Source of the DNA: an uncultured bacterium
GTDB lineage: Bacteria; Spirochaetota; B62-G9; DRHN01
DNA length: 64,000 nt
Reading direction: 5' to 3'
Assembly (NCBI GenBank): GCA_965603595.1
Contig: CBFDDP010000003.1
Coordinates: 1,309 to 65,308, forward strand
The translations under genes were made by a program, and so were the position numbers. A model generated the notes under the pieces. That model did not search any database. It had not been told where the DNA came from and saw only the letters and a list, made by a program, of their open reading frames with translations. The first letter of the stretch is position 1. Each line of letters opens with the position of its first letter. Positions 1-9,381 of this stretch are shown piece by piece.

Positions 1-121
1 GTTCGCTTATCGGACATTTCAGGATTGTGTAGGAGAGGTTAAAGGGTAAGGTGTACGCTACTGGCATGTGACTGGGTTCCCGGCTGTACAGGGGACAGGT
101 GAGTTATGGAGCGAGGCGAAT

Positions 122-397
122 ATGAAACTCGGTAAAGTTATCGGCAACGTGGTCTGCACGCAGAAGGTCGATTCCTTCGAAGGGGTGAAGCTCCTCCTCG
201 TACAGCCCCTGGATGAGAAGCTGGAGAAGCAGGGTGATCCCCTAGTCGCCTGTGATACGGTGCAGGCAGGGCTCGGCGACACTGTTTTCTATGAAGGGGG
301 AAGGGAAGCTGCACTCGGCCTTGAAAACTGGTTCAACCCCTCCGACGCCACGATCATGGGAATTGTGGATGAAGTGGAGCTGGAGAAACTGACATGA
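122..397 (+). CDS. BMC vertex (pentamer) protein, EutN/PduN/CcmL family
   Basis: About 92 aa reading MKLGKVIGNVVCTQK...VQPLDE...ACDTVQAGLGDTV, typical of BMC-P. SD gGGAGcgagg lies upstream of the ATG at 122. The ORF-track start at 68 is rejected as an upstream extension. Confidence 0.8.
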   Translation: MKLGKVIGNVVCTQKVDSFEGVKLLLVQPLDEKLEKQGDPLVACDTVQAGLGDTVFYEGGREAALGLENWFNPSDATIMGIVDEVELEKLT

Positions 398-660
398 TTC
401 TGGGAAAGATTGTCGGCACTGTGGTGTCGACCATGAAGCTGAAGATATACGAGGGCTACAAGATACTCGTGGTGCAGCCCATACAGCCTGACGGTAGTTT
501 CAAGGGAAGCACTTTCCTTGCCATCGACACGGTGCAGGCTGGACCAGGCGATACGGTCATTGTCATTGATGAGGGAAACTCGGCACGGCAGATCATAGAC
601 AATAAAACCGCACCGGTGCGAAGCGTCATAGCCGGTGTTGTGGATGAGGTCAACATCTAG
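394..660 (+). CDS. Second BMC vertex protein, EutN/PduN/CcmL family
   Basis: 88 aa reading MILGKIVGTVVSTMK...VVQPIQPDG...AIDTVQAGPGDTV. Its ATGA start overlaps the stop of the previous gene, suggesting translational coupling. Confidence 0.8.
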   Translation: MILGKIVGTVVSTMKLKIYEGYKILVVQPIQPDGSFKGSTFLAIDTVQAGPGDTVIVIDEGNSARQIIDNKTAPVRSVIAGVVDEVNI

Positions 661-707
661 GATCACAGGGATGTGAGCTGTCAGAACATGGTTAGAGGAG
701 CAGGAGT

Positions 708-1262
708 ATGGCAGAGCAGGATTCGGGAAGTATCATACGAAACGTGGTGACCAGCATGCACACGGCAGACGTCACACCGCAACCCGAAGGTGAGGAGTTG
801 AACCTCAGGGACAATGTACGAAGGGTGGCGATCGGTGCAGATCATGGTGGCTATGAAGTAAAGGAAAAGATCAAAAGCTTTTTACAGACACTCGGATACC
901 ATGTAACCGATGTGGGAACTGACACTAAAGAGAGCGTCGACTATCCTGACTTTGCGGAGAAGGTTGCCAGGAAGGTTGCAAGCGGTGACTGCGACCGGGG
1001 TATTATGATAGATGGAGCGGGTATCGGCTCTTCCATGGCCTGCAACAAGGTGAAGGGCATACGGGCGGCCCTCTGCTACAATGTAAAAACCGTCATCAAC
1101 AGCAGGGAGCACAACAACGCCAATGTCCTCACCCTTGGAGGACCCCTTCACAGTGCTGAGGAGTTCTACGAAATGATAAAGATCTGGCTCAAGACCCGGT
1201 TTGCCGGTGGGAGGCACTGGCAAAGGGTAAACAAGATTATGGCGCTCGAGCGTGGGAGGTAG
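708..1262 (+). CDS. rpiB: Ribose-5-phosphate isomerase B (RpiB/LacAB family) with an N-terminal extension of about 40 aa
   Basis: The core reads VAIGADHGGYEVKEK...GIMIDGAGIGSSMACNKVKGIRAALCYN, as in RpiB. The leader MAEQDSGSIIRNVVTSMHT plus a linker precedes the usual MKIAIG-type start. Confidence 0.8.
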   Translation: MAEQDSGSIIRNVVTSMHTADVTPQPEGEELNLRDNVRRVAIGADHGGYEVKEKIKSFLQTLGYHVTDVGTDTKESVDYPDFAEKVARKVASGDCDRGIMIDGAGIGSSMACNKVKGIRAALCYNVKTVINSREHNNANVLTLGGPLHSAEEFYEMIKIWLKTRFAGGRHWQRVNKIMALERGR

Positions 1263-1265
1263 AAG

Positions 1266-2138
1266 ATGGATCAGCAGCAACTGATCGATAAAATCACCAG
1301 CGAGGTGATGAGTAAGCTCAATATCACGGAATGCACGCCTGTTTCTCCGGCAACTGAAGCAGTATGCCCGCCTGACTGTACGGGGTGTTACCTATGCGTG
1401 ACAAACAATCTCTCGGGTGTGAAAACCATACTGAACGGAGGTGCGAGCAGGGTATCGAGCACCATTGGTATTGTCAATGTTCCTGCCGACGTGGCTCAGT
1501 ACATCGACCACACCCTGCTGAAACCTGATGCAACGCAGGACCAGTTCGAACAGCTCTGCAACGAAGCAGTGGAGTACAGCTTTTATTCCGTGTGCGTCAA
1601 CTCCTACTGGGTACCCTTCTGTGCGAAGAGGCTCAGGGGTAAGAATGTGGCTGTGTGCTCCGTGATCGGTTTCCCACTGGGTGCCATGGACAGCAGGTCC
1701 AAAGGATTCGAAACGCGAAACGCCATAGAGAACGGCGCTTCTGAAATAGATATGGTGATCAATATTGGAGCACTGAAGTCGGGAAACCTCGATGCCGTTG
1801 AAAAGGACATACGCGCCGTTCGCAGGGCATGCAGGGCAACAACGTTACTCAAGGTTATCATCGAGACATGCCTTCTCACCGATGACGAGAAGGTGCTTGC
1901 CTGCGAAATATCCAAACAGGCAGGTGCGGATTATGTGAAGACCTCAACGGGATTTGCCGAGGGTGGTGCAACGGCGCACGATATTGCGCTCATGAAAAGG
2001 GTGGTTGGTTCTTCCCTGGGCGTTAAGGCGAGCGGCGGTGTACGCACCTTCGAGGATGCGAAGCTGATGATCGAGTCAGGCGCGACCCGTATCGGTGCCA
2101 GCGCAAGCGTGAAGATCGTATCGACCAGGGCTGCATAA
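1266..2138 (+). CDS. deoC: Deoxyribose-phosphate aldolase (DeoC/DERA) with an N-terminal extension of about 70 aa
   Basis: DeoC core from [12 protein letters not shown]...DYVKTSTGF...VKASGGVRT. The N-terminus [18 protein letters not shown] is amphipathic and is followed by a Cys-rich linker [23 protein letters not shown]. Confidence 0.8.
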   Translation: MDQQQLIDKITSEVMSKLNITECTPVSPATEAVCPPDCTGCYLCVTNNLSGVKTILNGGASRVSSTIGIVNVPADVAQYIDHTLLKPDATQDQFEQLCNEAVEYSFYSVCVNSYWVPFCAKRLRGKNVAVCSVIGFPLGAMDSRSKGFETRNAIENGASEIDMVINIGALKSGNLDAVEKDIRAVRRACRATTLLKVIIETCLLTDDEKVLACEISKQAGADYVKTSTGFAEGGATAHDIALMKRVVGSSLGVKASGGVRTFEDAKLMIESGATRIGASASVKIVSTRAA

Positions 2139-2163
2139 ACCATTCTATGCAAAACATGCCTTT

Positions 2164-2205
2164 CACGGAGAACCCCTCATAAAGAGGTATCTCCGTGCTT
2201 TTTTC
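2164..2205 (+). terminator. Rho-independent terminator after deoC
   Basis: CACGGAGA, a loop, then TCTCCGTG followed by TTTTTT. Confidence 0.6.
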
Positions 2206-2262
2206 TTGACAAGATTTTTAAATTAAATAACTTGTAATAATAAGATTACAGGATAATATGAT
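2206..2262 (+). promoter_or_regulatory. Promoter/operator module, instance 1
   Basis: TTGACAA, then 20 nt, then aCTTGTAAT-aataag-ATTACAGG inverted repeat, then ATAATATGA. There is a TTGTAA-N16-TAATAT sigma70-like promoter. Lies upstream of the gene at 2323. Confidence 0.45.
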
Positions 2263-2322
2263 AATATATAAATGCTCGATGTGAAGTGAGAAGAGACGGC
2301 ACATCAAAGGAGACAGAACAGG

Positions 2323-3168
2323 ATGGCAAAAAAGATTGATCGATTGAGTGTTTGCATTGAAACGATTTTTCCCTACACGGTCCCATATGAAGAGCAGATC
2401 AGGACCTGTGCTGAGCTGGGGTTCAAGGCCTATGAGTTCTGGTATCACGATATGATGCGGGACGGGAAGGGCGGTTGGCTGGAGAAGGAAAAGGCAAAGG
2501 ATCTGGATGTTATACACCGGATGAATGGGGAACTGGACATGAAGCTCGTGACCTTTGCACTCAATTCACCGCACGCCGATCATGGCGGGAACCTGGTGAG
2601 TGACAGAGGTACGGATATGATGTTCAGGGAGCTCGACCGTCTCATCCCCATAGTACAGAAGCTTGGGGTTCTGCAGCTGATTACCTTCGTGGGAAAGGAG
2701 GTGCCGGGAGAGAAGCGCTCCACCCTGTTGAAGAGGATTGTCTCTTCTCTACGGAAGTTGGATAGTAAAGTCGAGGGAACGGGAATCATGCTGACAGTCG
2801 AGCCTCTGAGTCTGCCCAAGTACAAGGGATGTCTTCTGACCACGGTCAAAGAAACGGGCGATTTGCTTCGCGAAGTGGGGGGCAAAAATGTGAAGATGCT
2901 CTACGACGTGTTCCATGTACAGATTATGACGGGGAATATACTCGCCTCCCTGCAGGAGTACATCGAGTATATCGGACACATCCATATCTCGGGAATTCCG
3001 GGACAACACGAACTTGCCGAGGGCGAGCTCAACCTACCACTCATTCTCAAGAAGCTCGACGAAATGGGGTACAGGGGCTATTATGGGCTCGAGTACTATC
3101 CGCTGAAGGAGGTCGTTCCCTCTCTTCAGGAGACGATCGAATACCTGACAGATGTGGCGAGCTTCTAG
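2323..3168 (+). CDS. Sugar phosphate isomerase/epimerase (xylose-isomerase-like TIM barrel; Hyi/OtnI/EryC-like)
   Basis: 281 aa reading ...IHISGIPGQHELAEGELNLPLILKKLDEMGYRGYYGLEYYP, as in hydroxypyruvate-isomerase-like proteins. Confidence 0.7.
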   Translation: MAKKIDRLSVCIETIFPYTVPYEEQIRTCAELGFKAYEFWYHDMMRDGKGGWLEKEKAKDLDVIHRMNGELDMKLVTFALNSPHADHGGNLVSDRGTDMMFRELDRLIPIVQKLGVLQLITFVGKEVPGEKRSTLLKRIVSSLRKLDSKVEGTGIMLTVEPLSLPKYKGCLLTTVKETGDLLREVGGKNVKMLYDVFHVQIMTGNILASLQEYIEYIGHIHISGIPGQHELAEGELNLPLILKKLDEMGYRGYYGLEYYPLKEVVPSLQETIEYLTDVASF

Positions 3169-3231
3169 GTGCAGGTTAAAAGGGTATCAGGCTGAGTGCC
3201 GGATTATAGAGGTATGAGAGCGGAATCAACC

Positions 3232-4467
3232 TCAGCCATCCTTTCCAACGATATGCACGACATTGGTGGTCGCAGATCCCCCGATATTCAGTGTAGCAAT
3301 CCGTTTGGCTCCTGGAACCTGATAGTCTCCCGCCTTCCCGGTAATCTGCAGATAGGCATCGTAGAGCTGCCGTGTTCCGGTGGCACCAACTGGATGTCCT
3401 CCTCCTATGAGTCCTCCCGATGGATTTATGGGGCAGGAACCATCGAATCGGATGGTCCCCTCTTCGATAGCTTTCCAGCCCTCGCCCGGACTGGTGAGGC
3501 CAAAGTGCTCGATGGCTGCATATTCGGTAATGGTAAAGCAGTCATGGGTTTCAATACACGAAATATCCTGCACCCCGCGAATGTGTGCTCTCCTGAAAGC
3601 GTCGGTAAGAGCCTTTCTGGTATGGGGCAGCACGTATTCGTTGTGTCTAGCTTCTTCAGCTTTGTCGTCAAAACGGATGGGAGCTGTTCTGTGGCCCCAC
3701 CCCTGAATGAAAGGGATATGCGCGAGCTTTGAGCCCCGTTTCTTTGCATACTTCTGGGCATAGTCCTGGGAGGCAAGAATAATCGCAGCCCCGCCGTCAG
3801 TGACCTGTGAGCAATCCGATGCGCGGAGTCGTGTGCCAATTGTTCGGTTATAGTCCCCTACGCTGCACGCATGTTTTTTGTTCATGTACCAGCCTCTTGT
3901 TTGGGCTTTTGGATTTCTTTTGGCGTTTTCATAGTTGATGACTGCTATCTCTGCCAGATGCTCGTATTCCACACCGTAGAGTTCTTCGTACACATCGTAC
4001 AGCCGATCGAAAAGCTTGGGGAAGGGGAATTCTATACCCACACATTCCTTTTCATACCACGCTGCTGTGCCTAAATAATTACCACCGATTTTTGAATCTA
4101 CACCTTTCATGAGCTCAATACCCAGAACCACGATGAGATCGTAGATGCCGGCCTCGATTTCTGCCCGAGCCATGAGTGCAGCGATTGAACCGGATGCACA
4201 CGCAGCCTCATGGCGTGCGGTCGGGATACCCCGCAGGATTGAATCATAGTTCAGAGGAAATGAGCCAAGATGGGCCTGCATCATGTAAAGCTCTCCCGCG
4301 AAGTTTCCCACATGGATCGCTTGAATATCCTTTATATCAATTTCCGTGGTGTTTAAAGCCCCATCCATGATTTCATTGATCATTGCCTGAATGCCTTTTC
4401 CCTCTCTAGACCAGTTCCGGGCAAAATCCGTTTGATAGCCCCCAAGAATGTATACCTTTGACGGCAT
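3232..4467 (-). CDS. Thiolase-family protein (SCP-x / acetyl-CoA C-acyltransferase-like)
   Basis: 411 aa with an active-site Cys context AACASGS, plus HDCF and GGLIGGGHPVGATG near the C-terminus. Confidence 0.7.
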   Translation of the reverse strand: MPSKVYILGGYQTDFARNWSREGKGIQAMINEIMDGALNTTEIDIKDIQAIHVGNFAGELYMMQAHLGSFPLNYDSILRGIPTARHEAACASGSIAALMARAEIEAGIYDLIVVLGIELMKGVDSKIGGNYLGTAAWYEKECVGIEFPFPKLFDRLYDVYEELYGVEYEHLAEIAVINYENAKRNPKAQTRGWYMNKKHACSVGDYNRTIGTRLRASDCSQVTDGGAAIILASQDYAQKYAKKRGSKLAHIPFIQGWGHRTAPIRFDDKAEEARHNEYVLPHTRKALTDAFRRAHIRGVQDISCIETHDCFTITEYAAIEHFGLTSPGEGWKAIEEGTIRFDGSCPINPSGGLIGGGHPVGATGTRQLYDAYLQITGKAGDYQVPGAKRIATLNIGGSATTNVVHIVGKDG

Positions 4468-4501
4468 GTCAATTCTCCTTTTTACAGGTTTAAAATTTTT
4501 A

Positions 4502-5788
4502 TTAGTAAGCGATGAAAAACTTCGTCACCTCGGGTATCCGGCACTGCTTTCCTTCATCTGTACCCGCTAACTGATCGGGTATGGTAAATCCTGATTGCTC
4601 CAACAGTTTTATCGTTTCTTTTGGACCACCAAGAAAATCGACCCATGCGGATGGAGGAAGCCAGGAAAAGCCATAGGACATGACCCTGTCGATTCCATGA
4701 ATCCCGTCTTCTACCGGTGTTATTTCTCCGATACGTGTGTAGCTGTACGCGATATACCCCGCTATGAAATGCCTTATTATTGACATTGGTTCAGAAATAT
4801 CATTTTGAATCAGGGAAACAGCTTTTTTATATTCCCCGTCATGGATATGCAGTTTAATTCTCTCGATCGAATCGATCCTGCTGTTCTCCAGATGCTCATG
4901 TTCCAGGCTCGAGGGATTTATGACCAGCTTCTCCTTCCTTTCGTTGTATTGGTAAAATCCTCCCACTGGGCCACTTTTGAGGCCAAACATTTTTTTTTCG
5001 ATCATCCTCTGTACATAATCAGGTATACGGAATGTGTCGTGTCGTTCATCATTGATTTTCTCGTAAATGTTGTCAACAATGGCCTTATGCACATCGAGCC
5101 CAACCAGATCGATTGTTGTAAGGGGTGAAAGTGTCCTTCCAGTAAAAGGACCAAGAAGATAGTCTATTCTTTCAACACCGTACTTTTCTGCGTAAAGAGC
5201 TGCTTCATTCAGGAACTGAAAACCGATCCGGTTCCCCGCAAATCCCGGTTCATTGTAGGTTACAATATTTATCCTTCTCAAAACATTTTCACAGAATTCA
5301 TATACATCTTTCTTGAGTGTCGTAGTATTGCTCGGATGAAAGATGAGTTCATTGGCGAGTAATTTACCGGGGGGATTGAAAAAATGAACACCCATGAAAT
5401 GTGCCCTGAAATCATCACTACACTCCCGGGTCATGTCTTCAATTGACAGGCCCGAAGATATGGTGGATACAATGCTTCCCTTTTTACGGGAGGCGTCCAC
5501 TCTTTGATAGTAATCACGTTTCAGTTCAAGATTTTCAGCCACAGCCTCCATTATCCAGTCACAGTCAGGCAGTTCCTCTTCCAGGGACTCATAGGTTTTC
5601 GGAACGATATAGTCCCTGATCACGTCACTCCGCGCCTGTTTAACCGCATTTTCAATTCCTCGTTTAGCCTTTTCCATGGATCGTGCAAAGTATACACACC
5701 TGATACCTGCCTGAGCAAAAATACCGCCAGAAAGGGAACCCATGGTCCCGTTTGCTCCGAGAACGGACACTTTTTTAATTGCAATCAT
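4502..5788 (-). CDS. 3-hydroxyacyl-CoA dehydrogenase family protein
   Basis: 428 aa. The N-terminal Rossmann start is VSVLGANGTMGSLSGGIFAQAGI, followed by HADH-like C-terminal domains. Reads as an operon with the thiolase gene. Confidence 0.7.
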   Translation of the reverse strand: MIAIKKVSVLGANGTMGSLSGGIFAQAGIRCVYFARSMEKAKRGIENAVKQARSDVIRDYIVPKTYESLEEELPDCDWIMEAVAENLELKRDYYQRVDASRKKGSIVSTISSGLSIEDMTRECSDDFRAHFMGVHFFNPPGKLLANELIFHPSNTTTLKKDVYEFCENVLRRINIVTYNEPGFAGNRIGFQFLNEAALYAEKYGVERIDYLLGPFTGRTLSPLTTIDLVGLDVHKAIVDNIYEKINDERHDTFRIPDYVQRMIEKKMFGLKSGPVGGFYQYNERKEKLVINPSSLEHEHLENSRIDSIERIKLHIHDGEYKKAVSLIQNDISEPMSIIRHFIAGYIAYSYTRIGEITPVEDGIHGIDRVMSYGFSWLPPSAWVDFLGGPKETIKLLEQSGFTIPDQLAGTDEGKQCRIPEVTKFFIAY

Positions 5789-5818
5789 GTATATCCCCTT
5801 AATTGGGAATTGTTTTTC

Positions 5819-5899
5819 TTGACAATTTGTATTTGTATGATAAAATAAGACTTGTAATAATAGGATAATAGGATAATATGATTACATTGATTTTGTCAA
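5819..5899. promoter_or_regulatory. Divergent promoter/operator module, instance 2
   Basis: Plus-strand TTGACAA at 5819, then CTTGTAATAATAGGATAATAGGATAATATGATTAC, then a minus-strand TTGACAA (TTGTCAA on the plus strand) at 5893. Lies between the divergent genes 5788(-) and 5948(+). Confidence 0.45.
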
Positions 5900-5947
5900 T
5901 AGTTTTTCAGAACATAGCAGAGGGGATAATACTATCATAGAGGTTAT

Positions 5948-6709
5948 ATGTCCATGCAAAGACTGAGAGGAAAAACGGCAATTGTCACCGGGTCCAGCTA
6001 TGGCATCGGAAGGGGAATAGCGATTTTTTTTGCACAGGAAGGGGCGAATGTTGTTGTGAACTATTCGAAGTCAGAGGAAAAGGCACAACAGGTTGTTTCT
6101 GAGATTATAGAGGAAGGGTTAACAGCCATTGCCGTCAAGGCCGATGTTTCTCGATCAGATGAAGTAAAGAAGCTGATAGATACATGTGTTCGCAGCTACG
6201 GCAGGCTCGATATTCTGGTCAATAATGCGGGGATACTGCCATTCGGTTCCATTGAGGAGATAACCGATGATATTCTCGACAGGGTGTTCAAGGTGAATTT
6301 TTACGGTACATTCTACTGCTGCCGTGAAGCCGTTCCAATAATGAAGAAACAGAAGTATGGGAAGATCGTAAACATCTCATCTATTGCAGGTCAGCGGGGT
6401 GATCATACCACGGCAGCTTGTTACGGTTCTTCGAAAGGTGCCATGTCGGTGCTCACAAAATCGCTGGCACGGCAGCTCGGCCCATTCGGCATAAACGTCA
6501 ATGCAGTCGCGCCTCATGCAATCATTACCCCGATGATGGACTACTGGGGCGAGGATAAGAGAAATGAGATGATGGAAAAAATTCCAATTCGGCGACTTGG
6601 TACACCCCGTGATGTGGCTGTTGCAGTACTGTTTCTCGTGTCTGACGAGGCGGATTTCATCACCGGCCAGATCATCAATGTAAACGGCGGGTATCTCATG
6701 GATTCCTAG
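5948..6709 (+). CDS. SDR-family oxidoreductase (FabG-like)
   Basis: TGSSYGIGRGIAI glycine motif; YxxxK context; 253 aa. Confidence 0.8.
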   Translation: MSMQRLRGKTAIVTGSSYGIGRGIAIFFAQEGANVVVNYSKSEEKAQQVVSEIIEEGLTAIAVKADVSRSDEVKKLIDTCVRSYGRLDILVNNAGILPFGSIEEITDDILDRVFKVNFYGTFYCCREAVPIMKKQKYGKIVNISSIAGQRGDHTTAACYGSSKGAMSVLTKSLARQLGPFGINVNAVAPHAIITPMMDYWGEDKRNEMMEKIPIRRLGTPRDVAVAVLFLVSDEADFITGQIINVNGGYLMDS

Positions 6710-6737
6710 TGAAGCACAGGTGAGGAGATGGGCAGGT

Positions 6738-7289
6738 ATGAAGAATGAAAGACTGATAAAAGCTGCGTTCAACCGCGGGTTCGAGTACGAAAAAACCTAT
6801 CGCGGTTGCGCGCAGTCTACCGTAGCTGCTATTCAGGACACGCTTGGAATAAGGAACGATTTCGTATTTAAGGCAGCCAGCGGTTTTGCCGCAGGCTGCG
6901 GTATGCTCTGTGATGGAATCTGCGGTGGATATACAGGCGGCATCATGATGATGAGTTTATTCTTCGGACGACGACGTAATAAATTCGATAGTGATCGCGA
7001 AGAGAATTACCATTCTTTTCATATGGCAGGTGCGCTTCATGACAGGTTCATAATCGAGTATGGTACCGTGCTCTGTAAGGCAATACATGAAAAAATTTTC
7101 AGGCGATCATTCGATTTGTGGAATCAAGAGGAGAAAAACCAATTCGAAGAGGCGGGTGCACATATGGACAAGTGCACATCAGTGGTGGCACATGCCTCTG
7201 CGTGGTCCACTGAAATAATCCTGCAGGAGATCAATAAAGAGAAATTGGACGCACAGGATTTTTCATATCTTGTCCATCTGTCTGAATAG
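6738..7289 (+). CDS. C_GCAxxG_C_C family putative redox-active protein (paralog 1)
   Basis: Motifs GCAQSTVAA...GFAAGCG...CGGYTGG with conserved Cys. The ATG at 6738 follows SD GAGGAG with a 10-nt spacer. The GTG at 6720 is rejected. Confidence 0.65.
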   Translation: MKNERLIKAAFNRGFEYEKTYRGCAQSTVAAIQDTLGIRNDFVFKAASGFAAGCGMLCDGICGGYTGGIMMMSLFFGRRRNKFDSDREENYHSFHMAGALHDRFIIEYGTVLCKAIHEKIFRRSFDLWNQEEKNQFEEAGAHMDKCTSVVAHASAWSTEIILQEINKEKLDAQDFSYLVHLSE

Positions 7290-7360
7290 ACCGGCCGATT
7301 ATAAACAGGTGAGCATAACAGATGAGCTGAGGAACATGACCGATGATGTTCTATTTTTTC

Positions 7361-7425
7361 TTGATATAAACCATGCAACCTGTAATATTGTTCGTATAGT
7401 GCGATATGATAACATGTATACAGGG
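7361..7425 (+). promoter_or_regulatory. Candidate autoregulatory site upstream of the GntR gene
   Basis: TTGATA, then CCTGTAAT...GATATGATAACATGTATACAGG. The CCTGTA/TACAGG inverted repeat is related to the operator half-sites. Confidence 0.3.
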
Positions 7426-7453
7426 TGAGTATTGACAGGTATAGGGAGAGTCG

Positions 7454-8242
7454 ATGGAAAAGACGGTGCAATTACAGAATGATTTTTTCATTGATAAGGG
7501 TAGCGCTGTACCGTACTATCATCAGCTGAAAATGTATCTCTTGCGTGAGATCGATTCCGGTAACTGGTCACCGGCGCTGAAACTCCCATCTGAGGCCGAG
7601 TTCTGTGAACACTTCGATATCAGTAGAACTGTTGTACGACAGGCGATCAAGGAACTGCAGAATGCGGGATACCTTTCGACCGAAAAGGGGAAGGGAACTT
7701 TTATCGCCCGTCCAAAAATCATTGAAGGGTTTGTACAGAGCCTCACAGGATTTTATGAGGAGATGGTCAAACGGGGATATAGCGTAACCACGCATATCCT
7801 GAAGCAGGAGCTTGCACCCGCATCACGAAACGTTGCAGAAGCCCTTGAAGTCGATATAAATACACCAGTCATAACACTCAGTCGTCTTCGCAAGCTCAAT
7901 GAAGAGCCTTCTGTGTATGTGACGACATATATACCACAAGGATTATGTCCTGAACTGCTTATAGCCGACCTGGAAAACAAGTCCCTCTACGCCATTCTGG
8001 AAAAGTGCGGGTGTGGTTTGATGATGCACAAGGGGCGTCGGTACATCAGTGTCAGTTTGGCAAATGAATACGAGGCATCACTGTTGAATATCGAAGTGGG
8101 ATCACCCTTGATCGAGCTCGACAGTGTTACCTATCTCAAGGACGGGAGGCCTCTCGAGTACTTTCACGCATTACACCGGGGCGATAGGACACGATTCGAA
8201 GTTGAGCTGATAAAGTTCCAACAACCCGATCAGGGCCAGTAG
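7454..8242 (+). CDS. GntR-family regulator, HutC subfamily (HTH plus UTRA domain)
   Basis: YYHQLKMYLLREIDSGNWSPALKLPSEAEFCEHFDISRTVVRQAIKELQNAGYLSTEKGKGTFIA. Confidence 0.85.
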   Translation: MEKTVQLQNDFFIDKGSAVPYYHQLKMYLLREIDSGNWSPALKLPSEAEFCEHFDISRTVVRQAIKELQNAGYLSTEKGKGTFIARPKIIEGFVQSLTGFYEEMVKRGYSVTTHILKQELAPASRNVAEALEVDINTPVITLSRLRKLNEEPSVYVTTYIPQGLCPELLIADLENKSLYAILEKCGCGLMMHKGRRYISVSLANEYEASLLNIEVGSPLIELDSVTYLKDGRPLEYFHALHRGDRTRFEVELIKFQQPDQGQ

Positions 8243-8278
8243 CGCTTTATCTCAATTGGAAGAGGGATAATTTATATC

Positions 8279-8340
8279 TTGACAAAAGGAGCAATTTGTT
8301 TATAATTGCCTGTAATTACAAGATAATAAGATTATATGAT
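8279..8340 (+). promoter_or_regulatory. Promoter/operator module, instance 3
   Basis: TTGACAA, then cCTGTAATTACAAG (a perfect 14-bp palindrome), then ATAATAAGATTATATGATTAC. Lies upstream of the E1-beta gene. Confidence 0.45.
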
Positions 8341-8382
8341 TACGTTATGTCAACCTATACCTTGTAGGAAAGTTGGGGCATC

Positions 8383-9372
8383 ATGCGAGAGATAACATAT
8401 GTAGAGGCAATCAATGAGGCACTCATTGAAGAGATGGAGCAGGATCAAAGAGTTTTCATATTCGGGGAGGATATCACCGTCGGATATGGCGGTGGAGGTA
8501 TGTTTGGAGCGACGAGGGGGCTCGTTGATCGCTTTGGATTGGATAGGGTCATCGACACGCCCCTTTCCGAGGTCGCGATAACGGGAGCTGCGCTCGGTGC
8601 CGCCATGGTGGGACTCCGGCCAATAGCGGAAATCATGTTCGGTGATTTTATCGCCATCATTATGGATCAACTGGTGAACAATGTCGCAAAGATGAGATGG
8701 GTGTTGAACGATGAGGTGGACGTACCCATCGTGTACCGGACCTCCTATGGGGCAGGAATCGGCGCAGGATTTCACCATTCACAGAGTTTCGAGGCATGGC
8801 TCGCTCACGTGCCCGGATTAAAGGTGGTCATGCCATCGGATCCCGCAGATGCGAAGGGTCTGTTGAAATCGGCCATCCGGGACAATGATCCGGTCATGTT
8901 CATGGAACACAAGCTTTTGTACAAGAGGTTGAGTGGCCCGGTACCGGAGGATGAGTATCTCATTCCTCTGGGTAAGGGTGATATAAAGAAAGAGGGCGAC
9001 GATGTCACCATTATTGCAACCGGAGCGATGGTTCGACGGTCTCTGGAAGCGGCAGAAGCTCTCGAGCAGAGAGGGGTATCTGCTGAGGTAATCGATCCAC
9101 GGACCATACAACCTCTTGATGAAAACCTTATTCTGAAGTCGGTTGAGAAAACCGGGAGGGCTGTCGTGGTTCATGAGGCGCCTGTATTCGGAGGCTACGG
9201 CGGAGAAATTGCAGCCATCCTTGCAGATAAAGCGATCGATTATCTGGATGGTCCTGTAAAGAGGGTTGGGGCTCCGTTCACACCCATACCGAACTGGATC
9301 AAAATGGAGGAATACTACCTTCCCAATGTTGAGAAGATTCTTGATGCGGTGACGGAAGTCATACAGTTTTAG
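8383..9372 (+). CDS. 2-oxoacid dehydrogenase E1 beta subunit (transketolase-like; PdhB/AcoB type)
   Basis: 329 aa with SYGAGIGAGFHHSQS and pyrimidine- and C-terminal transketolase-like domains. Confidence 0.85.
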   Translation: MREITYVEAINEALIEEMEQDQRVFIFGEDITVGYGGGGMFGATRGLVDRFGLDRVIDTPLSEVAITGAALGAAMVGLRPIAEIMFGDFIAIIMDQLVNNVAKMRWVLNDEVDVPIVYRTSYGAGIGAGFHHSQSFEAWLAHVPGLKVVMPSDPADAKGLLKSAIRDNDPVMFMEHKLLYKRLSGPVPEDEYLIPLGKGDIKKEGDDVTIIATGAMVRRSLEAAEALEQRGVSAEVIDPRTIQPLDENLILKSVEKTGRAVVVHEAPVFGGYGGEIAAILADKAIDYLDGPVKRVGAPFTPIPNWIKMEEYYLPNVEKILDAVTEVIQF

Positions 9373-9381
9373 GAGCAATCG

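Noticed and set aside
68-121. N-terminal extension of the first BMC-P ORF (start at 68)
   Set aside because: The internal ATG at 122 is preceded by an SD and yields the canonical MKLGKVIG start of the EutN/PduN family. The extension has no family support.
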